A stretch of DNA of 52,425 nucleotides from IMG/VR virus record IMGVR_UViG_3300025000_000136, positions 1 through 52,425 of that record; one strand, given 5' to 3'. The DNA comes from a virus. Lineage: Duplodnaviria > Caudoviricetes. Position numbers and translations under genes: made by a program. Below, one piece after another: positions 10,456 to 20,087 of this stretch. Position 1 is the stretch's first letter. Each line of letters opens with the position of its first letter. The notes under the pieces were generated by a model. That model worked only from the letters and a program-made list of their open reading frames with translations. It was not told where the DNA came from and made no database searches.

Positions 10456-11327
10456 AAAAATTCCTCCCAAGGCATCATGCTCATAACTCGCTGCATATCA
10501 GGATGGGCTGCTGGTGATGTTCGTAGCTTACGAATGTGATTCCATTCAGCAGCATCAGCAGTTACTACAAGTTCAGTTTTAAGGGCATTAGGTAGAACTG
10601 CTCTGGCTACTTGTGGTGTTAATCCTTTGAGTAACAGTCCATTATATGCTGCTTCTGCCTCACTGCAAGCAATCATAAAACGTATTTGATTTTCTTCTGA
10701 CCATTCAGCAAATCCATCTGGCCTAATAAACTCCATTTCCTTTCCAGCATAATTCACATACCTTGTAGACTCTTGAGCAAACGAGCATGGGCGATGTCTC
10801 ACAAGTTCATGACTCACACCTCGGTCACAGATAAATTTGGCACTATAGCGATGAAGGCTAGGTGGAATCTCATCATGAGGACAGACTTGCCACGGAGTGT
10901 TTACTGGTGTCAGCATGACAATATCAAAAAGATCATCATACTCTCTAGCAAAAACTCTGAATATTGAATCATCCCAGCCAACTATATTTCCTCTTTGATA
11001 CCATGCAGTTAAACTTCCACCAATATAAATGTAATCTGCATCTTGAATTACATTAAGATACTTTCCAACTGTTGCTTCTATTACAGCAATTAAGTTTGGA
11101 ACTATTATTATTGGCTGGTGCATTCGTATTACAAAATTGCTATGTTCAACCATAGCCAGATGCCCAGCCGTAATCAACTTCCTCACAAACTTCTCTGTAC
11201 TATCAGGAGTGATTTTGTCTTCAGATTTGTAACAAGTCCGACCAGCCATTTCGATGAAACGAATTGAGGATTCATAATCTGTTGGAACTGCTCCAAAGAA
11301 CTCAACGTTTGGTTTGATTATTTTCAT
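10452..11327 (-). CDS. thyX: FAD-dependent thymidylate synthase
   Basis: ThyX signature RGVSHELVRHRPCSFAQESTRY, plus AGRTCYKS, GHLAMVEH and ARAVLPNA. Confidence 0.95.
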   Translation of the reverse strand: MKIIKPNVEFFGAVPTDYESSIRFIEMAGRTCYKSEDKITPDSTEKFVRKLITAGHLAMVEHSNFVIRMHQPIIIVPNLIAVIEATVGKYLNVIQDADYIYIGGSLTAWYQRGNIVGWDDSIFRVFAREYDDLFDIVMLTPVNTPWQVCPHDEIPPSLHRYSAKFICDRGVSHELVRHRPCSFAQESTRYVNYAGKEMEFIRPDGFAEWSEENQIRFMIACSEAEAAYNGLLLKGLTPQVARAVLPNALKTELVVTADAAEWNHIRKLRTSPAAHPDMQRVMSMMPWEEFL

Positions 11328-11502
11328 GTTTGTTTTTCCTATAGAAGCCTCGAAGTTTTTTACCTAATTTAGTAAGATTTGTAATATTTGCATCTCCTGA
11401 AACATAGAATGAGAAATTAGTTCCCTCTAATTTTATTAATGTTCCAGGATCAAGTGCATGTGAGAGTTGTTTCAGGTTTTGAACAGTTGATATTGGAATC
11501 AT
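11302..11502 (-). CDS. Hypothetical protein
   Basis: 66-aa ORF in the tightly packed - strand operon; GAGG upstream. Confidence 0.5.
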   Translation of the reverse strand: MIPISTVQNLKQLSHALDPGTLIKLEGTNFSFYVSGDANITNLTKLGKKLRGFYRKNKHENNQTKR

Positions 11503-11531
11503 CTTACACCCTCCAGGTGTAGTTAAGCACT

Positions 11532-11738
11532 TCAGCTTTTACACTCAGGTTCGACAGAATTGCCAGTAGTAATAACTAACTTCTTTGGCTTCTTAGAATG
11601 CAACTTAAAGCTAGAATGTCCTAACGCATCATTCAATCGTTTCACCATCCCAGCCAGCCAATCTCCATGAGTGGAAAACCGCATCACTTCGCATTCGTCC
11701 AGAGCATTCTGGAGATCTAGTTCAGTTAATTTTTTCAT
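11532..11738 (-). CDS. Hypothetical protein
   Basis: 68-aa ORF overlapping the upstream gene's end. Confidence 0.5.
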   Translation of the reverse strand: MKKLTELDLQNALDECEVMRFSTHGDWLAGMVKRLNDALGHSSFKLHSKKPKKLVITTGNSVEPECKS

Positions 11739-11922
11739 AGTCGATGCACATAGTTACACTATAACCATCTTTCGTTAATACACCTTCACCATTAAGGTTG
11801 TGGTCATTATCTTTCAGGCACCAATTAATTCCATTGAAACAACTACAGGTAGGGCAGATAAAGATTGATTCCTGAGATTCGGTAGTGAAGTCTATGTAAT
11901 CATCTTCGAAGATTTCGATCAT
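11722..11922 (-). CDS. Small Cys-containing hypothetical protein
   Basis: CPTCSC...C...C pattern; ATGA overlap with the upstream stop. Confidence 0.5.
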   Translation of the reverse strand: MIEIFEDDYIDFTTESQESIFICPTCSCFNGINWCLKDNDHNLNGEGVLTKDGYSVTMCIDYEKIN

Positions 11923-12239
11923 GCTTTTTCCTCGTTAGTTAGTTTTGCATGGAGCATTCCTGCATAATGAGCAATCTTGAGCAAGTCTAACTTCTGTTGT
12001 CCTTCACGAGAATTCTTGCCATAGCGATTTAGATACTTTTTCATCTGGGTGATGAAATCGGATTCGGTGAACTCAGAGCATTGATCTTTACCCTTATCAC
12101 CATACTGCGGTACAGTGTAGAGTTCAATGTGATTGTAAACCTCTTTAGAGAAGTCAAGCCATTCAGTTGCGCGTAGCGAATAGTTGCGGGTTCTTTCATC
12201 AATTGATGGAAGCATCATTTTGATTTTATCATCTAACAT
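11919..12239 (-). CDS. Hypothetical protein, weakly DUF3310-like
   Basis: C-terminal MKKYLNRYGKN...LDLLKIAHY resembles the KY..R.G.K...DL.KA..Y pattern of DUF3310-type phage proteins; GGAG RBS. Confidence 0.4.
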   Translation of the reverse strand: MLDDKIKMMLPSIDERTRNYSLRATEWLDFSKEVYNHIELYTVPQYGDKGKDQCSEFTESDFITQMKKYLNRYGKNSREGQQKLDLLKIAHYAGMLHAKLTNEEKA

Positions 12240-12735
12240 TGTTTGTCTCCTTTGGCTCGATTAAGTCCCAGATTTGCTTTGCCAATTCATACTTCCATGG
12301 CTTTAATAGGTAGGGATTAATCATGTAGGAATGCATTTCAGGTATAGCTGGAATTGATTTTAGCATAGACAGATCCTCGTTTGGAAGTTCAAATGGAACA
12401 ACTTTTCTTATTAAGTCTTGCTCTTTTAATTCTACTAACCTTCGATAAGTTGTGCCCATTGTAGATTTATCCAAATCATTAAAGCTATGCATTACAGCGA
12501 TGTTGGTATCTTTATCAGAGTTTTCTTTGATCTCATTCCAAAGTTGTCCAGCTTTTTTGGATACAGCTAATAGACGATCAAAAATATCCATGTATTGTAT
12601 CCTTGTGTCTAGTCTTTTACATTTACCAATCATGCTATATGGGGAATACTTCTCAGTAAAGACTTGCTTCTTTTGAAGTGTCTCATTATGATTTAGCCAT
12701 ATAGCAATTGCTTTATTCTTTTCAGTTTCTTCCAT
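12229..12735 (-). CDS. Putative winged-HTH protein (RepL-like C-terminal pattern)
   Basis: TTYRRLVELKEQDLIRKV...YMINPYLL; has its own upstream promoter. Confidence 0.4.
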   Translation of the reverse strand: MEETEKNKAIAIWLNHNETLQKKQVFTEKYSPYSMIGKCKRLDTRIQYMDIFDRLLAVSKKAGQLWNEIKENSDKDTNIAVMHSFNDLDKSTMGTTYRRLVELKEQDLIRKVVPFELPNEDLSMLKSIPAIPEMHSYMINPYLLKPWKYELAKQIWDLIEPKETNNVR

Positions 12736-12765
12736 AGAATATCCTTATGTTGATTGAATGCTTCT

Positions 12766-12794
12766 ATGGTAACATACGGGTGGTAAAAAGTCAA
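12766..12794 (-). promoter_or_regulatory. Sigma70-type promoter
   Basis: TTGACT-17 bp-TACCAT with extended -10 TG, 30 bp upstream of the 12735 start. Confidence 0.65.
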
Positions 12795-12939
12795 CCTTAA
12801 AAACAGCGTCGGGTGAAGATTTTTCAACCTTTTAAAACAGCCTAAACCTTTAATATTATTACAAAAATAACGATTTAGGCTGGCCTAATAACTTCAACTA
12901 GGTATTAAAGGCGGGCCGTTAATAAATAAACAACCAGTT

Positions 12940-13569
12940 TTATTCACTAGAATTTAGGTTCGGCACAATAATTCCACGATCTACCAATTCAAAAAAGCAT
13001 CGCTTGGTTGCAGTTATGTCAGCATATGCATCATGCGCGCCATCGAAACCTTCTCCAAATAAGTGTTCATGCAGTTCGGTTAGCTTGGGCCATTTGGCAC
13101 GGCCAGCTTTATTTTTAAGTCCACACATTTTGACCACAGCTTTATCTTTCATGGTGCAATGGTTGGGAAGATCAAGATAGAATGCAGACCTAGCTTCATC
13201 TGACAAGTCATCCAAGTTGCGTTCCATCATCTGGTAAACATAGTTCCAATCAAAAGAGAAGTTATGGCAGACAATTAAGTCAGCCTGGCGAAGAAGTCTG
13301 CCAAATTGTTCAGCAGCTTCAAGTTCTTCAATGCCATCTTGGTCGGCTCGCTCAACCGTGATGCCATGTACTTCTTGGGCATAATAATTCATTGACCTGC
13401 CATTACTTTTGATGATGACATTAAGTTGATCAATGTCTTCTTGTTGACTGGCCAAAATCGCACCAATCTGCACAGTCCAAGCCTGCTCTGGATCATTGGC
13501 AGGCAGGGATTTTTTAATGAAGTCAGATGTTTCTGTGTCAAAGAATAGTACTTTTGTCTCAGGTGTCAT
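12940..13569 (-). CDS. DnaQ-like (DEDDh) 3'-5' exonuclease
   Basis: ExoI FFDTETS, ExoII CHNFSFD, ExoIII AHDAYAD. Confidence 0.9.
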   Translation of the reverse strand: MTPETKVLFFDTETSDFIKKSLPANDPEQAWTVQIGAILASQQEDIDQLNVIIKSNGRSMNYYAQEVHGITVERADQDGIEELEAAEQFGRLLRQADLIVCHNFSFDWNYVYQMMERNLDDLSDEARSAFYLDLPNHCTMKDKAVVKMCGLKNKAGRAKWPKLTELHEHLFGEGFDGAHDAYADITATKRCFFELVDRGIIVPNLNSSE

Positions 13570-13583
13570 ATGAAGTCCTTATG

Positions 13584-13763
13584 TTAAAATTGTGCAGAGT
13601 TGGAAAACCAGTTAGATATAGCAATTAAAATTTCTTTTTCGTTATATTTAAACTCAAGTTTATCAAGAGAGAATCTTATAGCTGCCCAGAATGATTCAGC
13701 TTCTTCTTTTGTCCCAAGAATAATAGTAATAGGTTTAAATTCTGTTGGTTGAGTAATCCTCAT
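13584..13763 (-). CDS. Small hypothetical protein (59 aa, MRITQPTEFKPITI...)
   Basis: Read by eye; AAGGA upstream; fills the gap between flanking genes. Confidence 0.55.
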   Translation of the reverse strand: MRITQPTEFKPITIILGTKEEAESFWAAIRFSLDKLEFKYNEKEILIAISNWFSNSAQF

Positions 13764-13778
13764 TTAATCATTCCTTTA

Positions 13779-13961
13779 TTAATTAAGATTTAATAAAATG
13801 TTTATTACAGATAATAAACAAAAGAAAAATCCATGATATTGAACTAGTGCAGAAACTTTTTTTCCATCCTGCTTTAAATATAAGGCAGCAAAATTGAAAA
13901 AGTTTGCATATAGTAAACAAATCCACATTATTAATATTTCATTATCCATTTCATTATTCAT
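13779..13961 (-). CDS. Small AT-rich membrane protein
   Basis: 60 aa with two hydrophobic stretches; starts right after the upstream stop. Confidence 0.45.
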   Translation of the reverse strand: MNNEMDNEILIMWICLLYANFFNFAALYLKQDGKKVSALVQYHGFFFCLLSVINILLNLN

Positions 13962-15233
13962 TTAGTTCTTCTCCATTTGATTTTTAATAACATTCCTATC
14001 CATTAACCTGAATACTGTTCGATCAAGATAAGTTGGGTCTCTTTCTTTGTGTGTCCTCTTAATCGTGTGATATTGGCTACTTGTGATGGAATGCTCTGAT
14101 TTGACCACACCTGCCTGTTCTGCCATTTCAAGATATCCACGAAGTTGCTGTGGGTTTTCTACATCCAGGTGAAAGTTCCGTATCACTTCGGTCCAATCGA
14201 ATATTTCTCGTGACTCGATGAAGGAAAGTAGCTTGGCATAAATGTTCGCATTGCTTGATAAGCCAAGTCCATAGAAGGCGTTTGGCATCTCTTGTTCTGT
14301 TACTTGCATTATTGCCAAGGCTTGCTCGAAATGTTCAGCCGTGATAATCATTTCATCCGATTCTGCGGCAGACACTAGCATACAGACCTTGTTCAAATGC
14401 AAGGGTCGCCGATGATTATAACCTAAGAAGCGCTCACTTGGCACACCAGAGTCATCATACTCTTGTTCATACCAGCGTACATAGGTTTTGAGAAAATCTT
14501 TACTTAGGGTGAACTGCCCAGACATATTTGCAATTTCTTGCAGGTCATTTTCTAACTTCTTTTGTATGTCTTCCTCTTCTTCTGTCAAAAACTGCAATGC
14601 TCTTCGCTGCTTAGGGCCTTGACCAACTACAAAGATAATCCGTGATATCAGGCCCCCACCAACTGCATCTTGACTCAGCTTAGATTGCAACAAACTAGGA
14701 GTAATGCAGCCAAAGATTGTGAGAAAACAATTGGATATGTCCTCTGTCTTTCTGGCTAAGGTCTTATACTTCCAAACGTCTGCACAATCAAACAGGTCAG
14801 TAAGACTTGCGAGTAACATCTGATCTCTATCGTTCAAGAAGACTTGAAATTCTTCTGACCAGATTGACACGCTCTTATGTTTGCGAGTAAACCCAGCGTG
14901 ATCAACATAAGTATCTTCGCTGTCCATGAGTTCTTTGTACAACGCCTGAGTTGATCCTAGCGAATCTGCACCAATATTAACATCTAGTTTTTGCACAAAG
15001 CTCTTTGCTATCTTCATTGCTGTGCCTTTCCTTCCTCCAGGTGGACCGACTAATGCAATGAACAAATTTGGATAAACATAACCTCGAAGTGCTCCCCAAT
15101 TGCAGTAGCATTTCCGACGAAGGGCAGAACTAATTGCAGTTAAGCCGCTCCACAGATGGTATAGTTCTGGAGGTTCTGTTCGCTGGGTGTACTTCATATA
15201 GTATGACAGCCAATTATCTAATTGCCTCGACAT
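13962..15233 (-). CDS. DUF3987-like P-loop NTPase (putative replicative helicase)
   Basis: EPPELYHLWSGL..IS.AL.R, YPNLFIALVGPPGGRKGT (Walker A variant), SEEF, GGGLISR; located next to the DNA polymerase. Confidence 0.75.
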   Translation of the reverse strand: MSRQLDNWLSYYMKYTQRTEPPELYHLWSGLTAISSALRRKCYCNWGALRGYVYPNLFIALVGPPGGRKGTAMKIAKSFVQKLDVNIGADSLGSTQALYKELMDSEDTYVDHAGFTRKHKSVSIWSEEFQVFLNDRDQMLLASLTDLFDCADVWKYKTLARKTEDISNCFLTIFGCITPSLLQSKLSQDAVGGGLISRIIFVVGQGPKQRRALQFLTEEEEDIQKKLENDLQEIANMSGQFTLSKDFLKTYVRWYEQEYDDSGVPSERFLGYNHRRPLHLNKVCMLVSAAESDEMIITAEHFEQALAIMQVTEQEMPNAFYGLGLSSNANIYAKLLSFIESREIFDWTEVIRNFHLDVENPQQLRGYLEMAEQAGVVKSEHSITSSQYHTIKRTHKERDPTYLDRTVFRLMDRNVIKNQMEKN

Positions 15234-15289
15234 GGTAAAAGATTGTCCTTATCAAGATGCTCTATGATTGCTATGGATTGCTGTCCATT

Positions 15290-15586
15290 TTATCTACTTA
15301 ATTTCATATCTATAATTAGATTTAATAAATAATCTAACTTTTCATTCACAGTCATTTCTCTGTAATAGATAACATCTTTCTTTCCATCACATCTTTGACA
15401 AGGTTCATATTGAGGAGAACCATGGTACGAAACATCCTCAAGACCATCTCCACCACAAGTATTACATTTATGTGATATCTTTGGAAATTCTTTCATAGTC
15501 TGCTCACACTGTTTTTTAAGGATTTCATTTACTTCATTCAATTTCTGTGGGATACTTTTACCATAAGTTTTATATTCAATTTTCAT
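15290..15586 (-). CDS. AT-rich hypothetical protein with DnaJ-type Zn-finger repeats
   Basis: CNTCGGDG and CQRCDGKK motifs. Confidence 0.55.
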   Translation of the reverse strand: MKIEYKTYGKSIPQKLNEVNEILKKQCEQTMKEFPKISHKCNTCGGDGLEDVSYHGSPQYEPCQRCDGKKDVIYYREMTVNEKLDYLLNLIIDMKLSR

Positions 15587-15588
15587 AA

Positions 15589-18111
15589 TTAAAATCCTAT
15601 CTTTTCAATTGCCTTGTCTACAGACTCTTGATTGAAAGTACTTATATCTGCCGTGTTTCCAGCCCATTGAGTGCCGATCTTAGCATCTAAGCCGATGGTA
15701 AAACTTTTTCCTTTATAAGTAAATGTGTGGGTTAAATGATCTTTAATGATTAGTAAGATTTGAACCAAGTTTGGGATTTGGCTTTTGTGAAACTGAAATA
15801 CAAACGAATCGTGGACTGTTGTCATGCAGCGAATGTCAAAGCCATCTTTGCCCATCCGAGGATCATTAACTACTTTAATCATTCCGCGGTTCAGCAGTTC
15901 TGCTACAGTGGATTGAGGTTTATAGCTATAGGCATTTCTGAATAAGGCTGCATTCATTTCACCTAAGAACCTGCGAGGTCGTCCGAATAGATTATATAAG
16001 ACCCTGTTCTTCTGAACCTCTTCTTCGATTGAACGATGCCAGCGTTTCAGTCCAGGAAAGCGATCAGAGTACATGTCTAGCAATCTCTTACATTCTGATT
16101 GGCTTTTGAAAATTTCCTCCGCCGCAAGATTGTCTGAAAATGTCTGTGGCCCCATTGCATAATTGGATGCATGAACTACCTTCTTGCCCATGTAACGCAT
16201 GGTTGATTTCTGGTCAGACTTTTTAGTCTTGGCCTCATGAATTACTTCTTCAATTGGAACTCCAAATATCTTACTAGCATTAAAGGAATGAACGTCTATG
16301 CCTGACTCAAATGACTGAATCATATTGGCATCTTGAGTGAGGTAAGCGACTACATGCGCCTCAGCCTTGGCAAGGTCACATTCGCACATAATCCAATCAG
16401 GATCAGCGATCAAATAGTATTTAAAAACATATGGCTGATTCTGTAAATTGCTGCCGGTTCCAAAATAGGTTTTCTCCGTAGCGATTCGACCACTAACAGT
16501 GCCTGAAATTTTATGATTACATCGAAGTCTCTTATCATCATCTACTTGAATATTGAAGTAAGTTGAGACTAGCTTTTGGTACTTACGAATCTTGATAATA
16601 ATCCTAGCTTCTTCGGAACCCTTAACATCCTTTTTAGCAATTCGATGTAAGGCAACCGTATCACAGGTGACTGCACCAGTCTTGCGATTTACATATGGCT
16701 TGATCATACAAATGCCATAGAAATATGCGACCATTTGCTTGGCAGAACCTGGGTTAAGCTCTCTGCCTGCGATCTTGTTCAACTCTGCCTGAAGCTCGAT
16801 CAGCTTGAGTTCATACTCAGATTTGATCTTAGCAATACCGTCTGTGTCTGTAAGTATGCCGTTGAATTCCATTTCCATTAATGGCTTATGAAGGTTCATG
16901 GTATAATCCATGGCATCCATAGACTCAAACTCGCCTAACTCTTCAAGAAGCTTCTCAGTTATTGGCAAGAGGTATGCAGAGTCTTTGGCATTGTATGTCC
17001 AGTATTGTGGCCAGTTTTTAATCGCTTTAAGGTGTGATTGCTTTCCTTCATCCTTATAGTAGGGGAAGTATGTGTAAGTTGAAGTTAGGTAATCCAATCC
17101 CTTGGGAAGTTCTGTATAGCATATATGCTGCGCCAGCATGGTGTCGAAGTAGAAATTATCTGTTTTAATGTTCATTGTTCTGAACGTAAACATGATATCG
17201 AACATTCCATTCTGGCATATCTTACCGATCTTATCGTCATTCAGGATTTCTGCAAGTCCAATCCAGATCTTTACCTCTTCCTCGGGGGACCAATAATTCC
17301 CTTGATTGTTCATGAGAGGAACAGACATAGAGATTATTCGATTCTCGTTATATACTGCGAGCGAATAGCAGGTGATGAATTCTGGAGTTGCCTCAATGTC
17401 AAAACCTACATACTGCTTGGTCTTAATGAGAGCATAGAACTGCATTATCTCTTCAAAGCTGGGCTTGATCTTGACATCTACGTTATCAGTCAGCAGGCTT
17501 GGGTCTTCAATGATTCGCAAGGCTTTCGTAAAGTCCGCGATCATCGTATAGAAGTGGATGGGCTTGCCATACGGGAGGGTGAAAGATGGGTGATAGCTCA
17601 GGCCGATTATTTTTCCAGCCAGCTTTTCTTTCAAATGAGGGAAGTCTTCGGCATGATAAAAACTTCCACGATATTTTGTAATTGAATCAAATTTAGGCTC
17701 ATCCAGCAAGAGCCTCATTGGAGTAGCTCCGAGCAACATTATTACTTTTCCAGGGAATTGGGCAAGTTCATCAATTAGGGTTGCTTGCAATTTGGACCAG
17801 TTTGGATGACGATAGCCCTTGTCTGTCCAGAGAACTGCTGTATTGTTCTTTGGAAATTTAGCTTTGCACGCATTGGTGAGATATATTCTATGTCTTGCAA
17901 TTCTGACTGCTGCACAGATGCGATTGAACTGAGAGCCTGTCTGACCAACAAATGGTTCGTTTTTAATTACTTCAATCTCACCTGGAGCTTCGCCAACCAT
18001 GGCAATCTCTGCTGTGAGTATATTGTCTGTCGCTGGGCAATCTACAGCCATGCAATCGAAAGAACCTTCTTTCTGCTTTGGTGCTGTAGCTGATATGCTA
18101 GGGATTATCAT
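15589..18111 (-). CDS. polA: Family A DNA polymerase with N-terminal uracil-DNA-glycosylase-like (family 4/SPO1-type) domain and 3'-5' exonuclease
   Basis: UDG motifs VGEAPG..E....PFVG.TG, YLTN, YHPS; exonuclease FDIE, QNGMFD, YNAKD; polymerase SGR, NLQNQP, motif A DLAKAE, motif B R...K...H...Y, motif C VHDS. Confidence 0.93.
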   Translation of the reverse strand: MIIPSISATAPKQKEGSFDCMAVDCPATDNILTAEIAMVGEAPGEIEVIKNEPFVGQTGSQFNRICAAVRIARHRIYLTNACKAKFPKNNTAVLWTDKGYRHPNWSKLQATLIDELAQFPGKVIMLLGATPMRLLLDEPKFDSITKYRGSFYHAEDFPHLKEKLAGKIIGLSYHPSFTLPYGKPIHFYTMIADFTKALRIIEDPSLLTDNVDVKIKPSFEEIMQFYALIKTKQYVGFDIEATPEFITCYSLAVYNENRIISMSVPLMNNQGNYWSPEEEVKIWIGLAEILNDDKIGKICQNGMFDIMFTFRTMNIKTDNFYFDTMLAQHICYTELPKGLDYLTSTYTYFPYYKDEGKQSHLKAIKNWPQYWTYNAKDSAYLLPITEKLLEELGEFESMDAMDYTMNLHKPLMEMEFNGILTDTDGIAKIKSEYELKLIELQAELNKIAGRELNPGSAKQMVAYFYGICMIKPYVNRKTGAVTCDTVALHRIAKKDVKGSEEARIIIKIRKYQKLVSTYFNIQVDDDKRLRCNHKISGTVSGRIATEKTYFGTGSNLQNQPYVFKYYLIADPDWIMCECDLAKAEAHVVAYLTQDANMIQSFESGIDVHSFNASKIFGVPIEEVIHEAKTKKSDQKSTMRYMGKKVVHASNYAMGPQTFSDNLAAEEIFKSQSECKRLLDMYSDRFPGLKRWHRSIEEEVQKNRVLYNLFGRPRRFLGEMNAALFRNAYSYKPQSTVAELLNRGMIKVVNDPRMGKDGFDIRCMTTVHDSFVFQFHKSQIPNLVQILLIIKDHLTHTFTYKGKSFTIGLDAKIGTQWAGNTADISTFNQESVDKAIEKIGF

Positions 18112-18119
18112 GAGGTATC

Positions 18120-18359
18120 CTATTTGTTTTCTGTAAGAAAACTGTTATAATATCTATTAAACTTTTTCCTCATACGAATAACTTCTTTATGATAAGCATT
18201 AATTTCTTTTCTTCTTTCAATAGGGGCTACTTTTAAATACTTTAATAATTGCTCTTCTAATTTATTAAAAGAATAAGTTACCTCATATGCTTTATCATGA
18301 ATTTTAAAGCCTATTTCAAATGTATCAGTACTTTGTCCTTTATAACAATATCGACACAT
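18120..18359 (-). CDS. AT-rich hypothetical protein
   Basis: 79-aa ORF filling the gap; N-terminal CxxC. Confidence 0.5.
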   Translation of the reverse strand: MCRYCYKGQSTDTFEIGFKIHDKAYEVTYSFNKLEEQLLKYLKVAPIERRKEINAYHKEVIRMRKKFNRYYNSFLTENK

Positions 18360-18362
18360 AAA

Positions 18363-18635
18363 TCATATCCTATCTTTCGTTAATGCTCCTGGGTTTGGAG
18401 CTTTAATCTCTTGCTTACAGTCAAGACAAAGATAAGATCGAACCCGGATAACATTTGCACTAATAATATTAATGGCAAAGTTATAATTAGGTTCGTTCTT
18501 ATATCCATTTGGCCAGCTCTTGGATGCAAATCCTATCTCAAGAGGTACAATGTTCTTGTGCAGGCAACAGTTAGATCCAGGTTCAGCCGGAACAGCTTTA
18601 TCAGATCGTAACTGCTCTACGGAATATTTTGGCAT
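18363..18635 (-). CDS. Hypothetical Zn-ribbon-like protein
   Basis: CxH...CxxC motifs; begins 1 nt after the methyltransferase stop. Confidence 0.55.
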   Translation of the reverse strand: MPKYSVEQLRSDKAVPAEPGSNCCLHKNIVPLEIGFASKSWPNGYKNEPNYNFAINIISANVIRVRSYLCLDCKQEIKAPNPGALTKDRI

Positions 18636-18636
18636 A

Positions 18637-20067
18637 TCACAGTCCTTCTACTTCAGCAGTTATCCCAAGATAGTTTTCAAGCCGCTGGTAAAATTCAGGA
18701 ATATATTTCTGTGCCTTATCACATCCAAGCGGTGTCATTCTTGCTTTCGCTGCACTGATTAAGCAATTGCCAGAGCCAGCGAACAGAGACATAAATATAG
18801 TGCCTGGCTTACCGAGAGCTTTTACAAAGTGGTCATACAGCTCAATCGGTTTTTCCCATTGATGGATTCGTTGAGCAGAACTGACTGTGTTAATGTTAAT
18901 TGCTGATGGAAAACTAGGAGTGTTGAACTGTGCATTGCCCTTACGGAGCAGCAAGAACATTTCCCAATTACTTACCATATTAGTCTTAGGCTTGTTAGTG
19001 CTGCCGCCAGTTTTAACCCAAGAACCTGGAGACTGAACTGAGAATCCAATGTCTTTTGCAATATTGTTGATCTGTATGAAGTGTTCCTTGCCTGTCCAGA
19101 CTAAGCACCAACTACAGTCGAGCATCTTCTCATATACTAAGGGTAGGTAATTGAAATAGAAGTCATAGAGTTCTTTCTCATCCCAATCAGTTGCTTTACA
19201 TTCGATCTTGTTTGTCTTACCATAATTGTCGTTGAAATCAATGGCGTATGGTGGATCGAGTTCAACCATCCCTACAGAGTTGTTAGGAATCTTATCGAGG
19301 AAGGTTTTATAGTTTTCGGCTACATAAATTACACGGATGTTAGAATCAATAAGGTCATTCTCAGATTCGTCTTCCTGCTCCTCTTCATCAATGTCTTCCA
19401 GCTTTTCTTTCGCCTGCTTGGTTTTGTCAAAGACTGCTTTCTTGACTGTGTTCTTTTTTGGGGCTGTCATCTGACCACTTTGCAGTGCAGCCAAGCGTTC
19501 TTTTTCAGTATCACTAAAGCTGCCCATTCGCTGAAGTGCCTTAGCTTGCTCTCCAAGAGCTTTGTAGGCTTCCCTAGCGCGGCCTTTGGTAGTCTGGAGC
19601 TTGAGGATTGGAAAGACTTTTAAGGCTTCTGCGAAAGCAAGGTCAGTAGATAATCCACCAAGACTGCACTTAAGTCTCTTGGCTGTTTCTCTGTAGCCCC
19701 AAGATTTATTTTCCTTAGCTGCGGCTTCAAGCCAATAGTTGTGCAGCTTATACTTGAGGTCTATCTCTTCATGCCACAAGAATTCCTTGCGGTCCATATT
19801 GCTCAGGAGTTCGATCAGGAAGTGATCGTCCTCAGTAATGCCGTCGAAGACTCGAACTTCGATTGTTTCTCTACCGAGTTTCTTAAGAGCTTCGATGCGA
19901 TGCAAGCCGTCGATTAGGACGTTATTTGAATCTATGAGGATCGGGTGGAGCTGGCCGACCATAGAGATGGAATCGGCAAGACTTGAGATGTCGCCAACAT
20001 CCATGCGAGCACGGTCTTTGATGATGATCTCTGAAATGTTACGTTCTTCTATTTGAAATAATTGCAT
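18637..20067 (-). CDS. ParB-like N-terminal domain fused to an amino (N6-A/N4-C) DNA methyltransferase
   Basis: ParB: LADSI..VGQLHPILID...LIDGLHRIEA; HTH WGYRETAKRL; methyltransferase motif IV DPPY, H..EKP and motif I variant LFAGSG (beta-class order). Confidence 0.85.
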   Translation of the reverse strand: MQLFQIEERNISEIIIKDRARMDVGDISSLADSISMVGQLHPILIDSNNVLIDGLHRIEALKKLGRETIEVRVFDGITEDDHFLIELLSNMDRKEFLWHEEIDLKYKLHNYWLEAAAKENKSWGYRETAKRLKCSLGGLSTDLAFAEALKVFPILKLQTTKGRAREAYKALGEQAKALQRMGSFSDTEKERLAALQSGQMTAPKKNTVKKAVFDKTKQAKEKLEDIDEEEQEDESENDLIDSNIRVIYVAENYKTFLDKIPNNSVGMVELDPPYAIDFNDNYGKTNKIECKATDWDEKELYDFYFNYLPLVYEKMLDCSWCLVWTGKEHFIQINNIAKDIGFSVQSPGSWVKTGGSTNKPKTNMVSNWEMFLLLRKGNAQFNTPSFPSAININTVSSAQRIHQWEKPIELYDHFVKALGKPGTIFMSLFAGSGNCLISAAKARMTPLGCDKAQKYIPEFYQRLENYLGITAEVEGL

Positions 20068-20087
20068 AGCTTTACCTAGTGTAAAAT

